Source: Octopus bimaculoides (lineage: Eukaryota). Taken from it: a stretch of DNA of 64,000 nt. The stretch lies in assembly GCF_001194135.2 (NCBI RefSeq), contig NC_068997.1:30614922-30678921 (forward strand), given 5' to 3'. Position 1 is the first letter of the stretch. Each line of letters starts with the position of its first letter. Below, piece after piece: positions 61,040-64,000 of this stretch. The notes under the pieces were generated by a model, which was given only the letters and a program-made list of their open reading frames with translations, was not told the DNA's origin and made no database searches. Both the position numbers and the translations under genes were made by a program.

Positions 61040-64000
61040 AGTCATGTGCAGAACTCGCACGGGATGATCGGTGCGGGTCGAGGATGTTGAAGACGCTCCT
61101 TTCTTCTGTGTGTTGCCTCCTCATTTTCTTGTCTGTTCTGCTCGAAGGAGCTGGTTCCATTGCGGATAACAGTCCTCCAGGCTGTCCTATCTATGGCAAT
61201 ATGTTCTTCCCATGAGGATGGCTGGATGTTAGCTTGAGCCAAGGTCCATTTGAGCTGGTCTTTAAAACGGAATTTCGAACTTCCTCTGGGTCGTGTTCCG
61301 ATTGGAAATTCTCCGTAGAGCATGATCCTTGAGAGACTAGAGGGCTCCATACGCTGGTAGTGTGGCGCGGTGAAGAGCCTCGTTGTCAGTAACGTAATCT
61401 TCCCATTGTATGTTGAGGATCTGTCGTAGCTTCGATTGCTGGAAGCATTCAAGGCGCTTAAAGTCACGGCGGTACAAACGTCCAAGACTCACAAGTGTAG
61501 AGCAGAGTTGACAGGACAATGGCACGGAAAATAATGATCTTTGTCTGAATTGACAGCGCGTGATTGAAGAACACACGTTGGCTGAGTCTGCTGAAGGCTG
61601 AGTAGGCCACTCCAATCCGGTTGTCCACGTCCTTTTCACACGTGGGGATCCTTGAAGGGATACTTCCAATGTATGTGAAGTGTTCAATTTTTTCTAGGGG
61701 CTGGCCATTGATAGTAATGTTTGTAGCTGGACTGTTCTGACCTGGTGCAGGTTGGATCAGTGTCTTGGTCTTTAATGTGTTTATCTGCATCCCGAAGCAA
61801 TCGTAAGCTGCGTTGTAAAGATTGACCGTCCTTTGTAGGCCATCTGAGATCCGGCTTGGAGCTGCATTGTCGTCGGCATACTGCATTTCACGGACTGAGA
61901 TGGTGAAGGTCCTCGTCTTTGCATGGAGACATGCACGGAGATTGAAGAGTCCGCCATCCATGTGATAGCGCATATTGATGGAAGGCGAGTCTAGTGGGAT
62001 TTCGTTGAACATGGCGGCCATGTACACATGCCCTGACGCATTCTTGCTTAAGACCCCCAGTGATGGGAAACAGGTCTGTGATGGCATTTTGATGGCATAC
62101 CCTACTCATCATGCTGTCATGGAGGGAGCAGACCAAGGCAATGAAGTACACTGGACATCCAAAGTGGGCAAGGACGACCTATATTGCAGGACGGGGTGCT
62201 TTGCCAAAGGCTTTTTATAGATCTCAGAAGATGAATATTGTAAGTTGTTGTTGTTGTTCCTGACACTTCTGGAATTGACGAGCACAAAAGATTATGTCGA
62301 TTGTGCCTCGAGAAGGTCGAAAGCCACACTGAGGCTCAAGGAGAACGTCTTCCATGAGGATAAGGAGGCGATTGAGTAGGATACGGGCGAAGATCTTTCT
62401 TGCAATACTCAGGATGGAAATGCCCTAATAGTTGTTGCAATCCTCTCAGTCTCTCTTCTTGTAGATGGTGATGATTGTTGCATCGTGGAAGTTGTTTGGG
62501 GTGGGAACTTGCTTTCCCAGATCTTGAGGAAAAGGAGCATCAGATGATTTCTCATCTCAGGACCTCTGTGCGTGAGAAACTCAAACTGGATATTGCCTGC
62601 TCCTGGAGCTTTCCCCGGCAGGGACATCGAATGGCAGATGGGGAGCTGTGGGGTGTTCTGGAGGAGATCATCAGGAGTGCGTGAGTAGTCGTTAAATAGG
62701 CAGTCGAAATGGGACTTCTAGCGATCAAGGATTCCCTGAGTGTCGGTTATCATAGAGCCAGTTGCATTTTTCAGGTCACCCACTGATGACCTTGTGGGGC
62801 CGAAGATCTCCTTGGTTGCGGCATAAAAACTGCGCAAGTCTCGTTGGTCCACACAGTTTTGCATCTCCTCTGCCACCAGATGTTCTGAGCTTCTCGAATT
62901 CCTTGCTGGCATTCCGCTAATGTTTGCTGGTGGTTTCGTTTTTCCTCTGCTGTGGCATGGTTCTCGAGGGCAAAGCGCGTCCGGAGTTCGGCTTCGATAA
63001 GACGGGAGATGGTTTCATCATTCTTGTGAAACCAGTCTTGGTCTTTGTTCCGGGTAAAGCCAATCGTCACCTCGGCGGCAGCGGCCATGGCTCCACGAAG
63101 GCTTGTCCAGCGACCCTCAATGACGTTTGGCTCTGGGAGGTCCATCAGGTGTCTCTCAATGGATTCCCTGAAGTCTTGGGATACCTGTGAGTTCCGAAGC
63201 TTGGTGCAGTCGAAGCGATGTTTGCTGTGACCTGCTTTGGTTGGCAGCAGATCTTGAAGTCAAAGCAAGAAGTAAGAAGGCAGTGATCCATCCAGCAGCC
63301 ATCTGCACCAGGCATGGAGTGGATGATACATACATCTCGTCTGTCCCTGGAACTTGTCAGAACGTAGTCGAGGATGTGCCAGTGTTTAGACCGTAGGTGT
63401 TTCTAGATTGTTTTTTTCCGGGAAGGGAGATAAAATAGGGTGTTGGTGATGACGAGTTCGTGCTCGGTGCAAAGGCCCAAGAATAGCTGGCCATTGACAT
63501 TGTATTTCCCAATGCCGTGATGGCCAAGAATGCCATTCTACAGTCAATGGTCACTGCCGACTCTGTTATTAAAGTCCCCCAACACGATGAGTTTGTCATG
63601 CGCAGGGATTGTCTGGATGGTGCGGTCCAGCAGGTTTTAGAACGAAGCCATGATATTATCTTCAGGTGTGAGGCATACAAAGAGGTCAGCGTAAGGAATC
63701 TGTCCGGAATGAGTGGGATCCAATCAGTATTCAGGCGCTCACTGACGGCAGTTGGGACGGGTCTATGTTGGTCCACGAGTTGCATTTTGATGGCAGGGCC
63801 AACACCATGGATGCGTGGCTCATTATGATTCTTCCCCTTCCAAAAGATGGTGCATTTGGAACCAGCTTCTCTGATGCTGCCCCCTTCTGCAAAGCCTAAT
63901 CCCGTGCAAGGCTGCCACGTCAAAGTTGAAGCGGGCAAGTTCCTTGCAGACAAGGGCTGTACGTCGCTCTGGTTGTTTAATGTCACTCTTGTCCTGGAGA
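61040..64000 (-). mobile_element. RTE-clade LINE ORF2 (endonuclease, RT, C-terminal Cys motif), frameshifted, continues beyond window
   Basis: EPRIHGVG, GKAPGAGNI, CNNY.GISILSIARKIFARIL, REMQYADD, FTYIGS, STLLYTCESW, IIPCEFC. Confidence 0.93.

Overview
AT-rich, microsatellite-rich eukaryotic (metazoan) DNA with short N-gaps, most bounded by (TA)n. The repeat families look to me like those of an octopus-type cephalopod; this is recognition from memory, not a search. No intact recognisable host gene is present. Most of the window is decayed transposons: RTE, CR1/L2-like and Tx1/L1-like LINEs, Gypsy LTR elements, two mariners, a Penelope-like GIY-YIG fragment, tRNA-type SINEs, a probable non-autonomous Helitron and MITE-like inverted repeats. 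Two things go beyond TE debris. (1) A same-orientation segmental duplication in three copies: C about 8.9-12.7 kb, A about 30.8-36.7 kb, B about 41.0-46.7 kb. Short minus-strand AG...GT-bounded segments keep their splice signals and reading phase while their interiors diverge far more than the flanks, suggesting a tandem family with hypervariable micro-exons, possibly pseudogenised. (2) A small repeat family carrying a minimal type-I hammerhead ribozyme with a 353-bp period, which forms head-to-head inverted duplications, including a perfect 64-bp-arm hairpin flanked by a 15-bp direct repeat. Two further decayed hammerhead-like motifs occur in other small repeats. There is also a degenerate (TTAGGG)n interstitial tract. 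All alignments and translations were done by eye, so identities and most boundaries are approximate.
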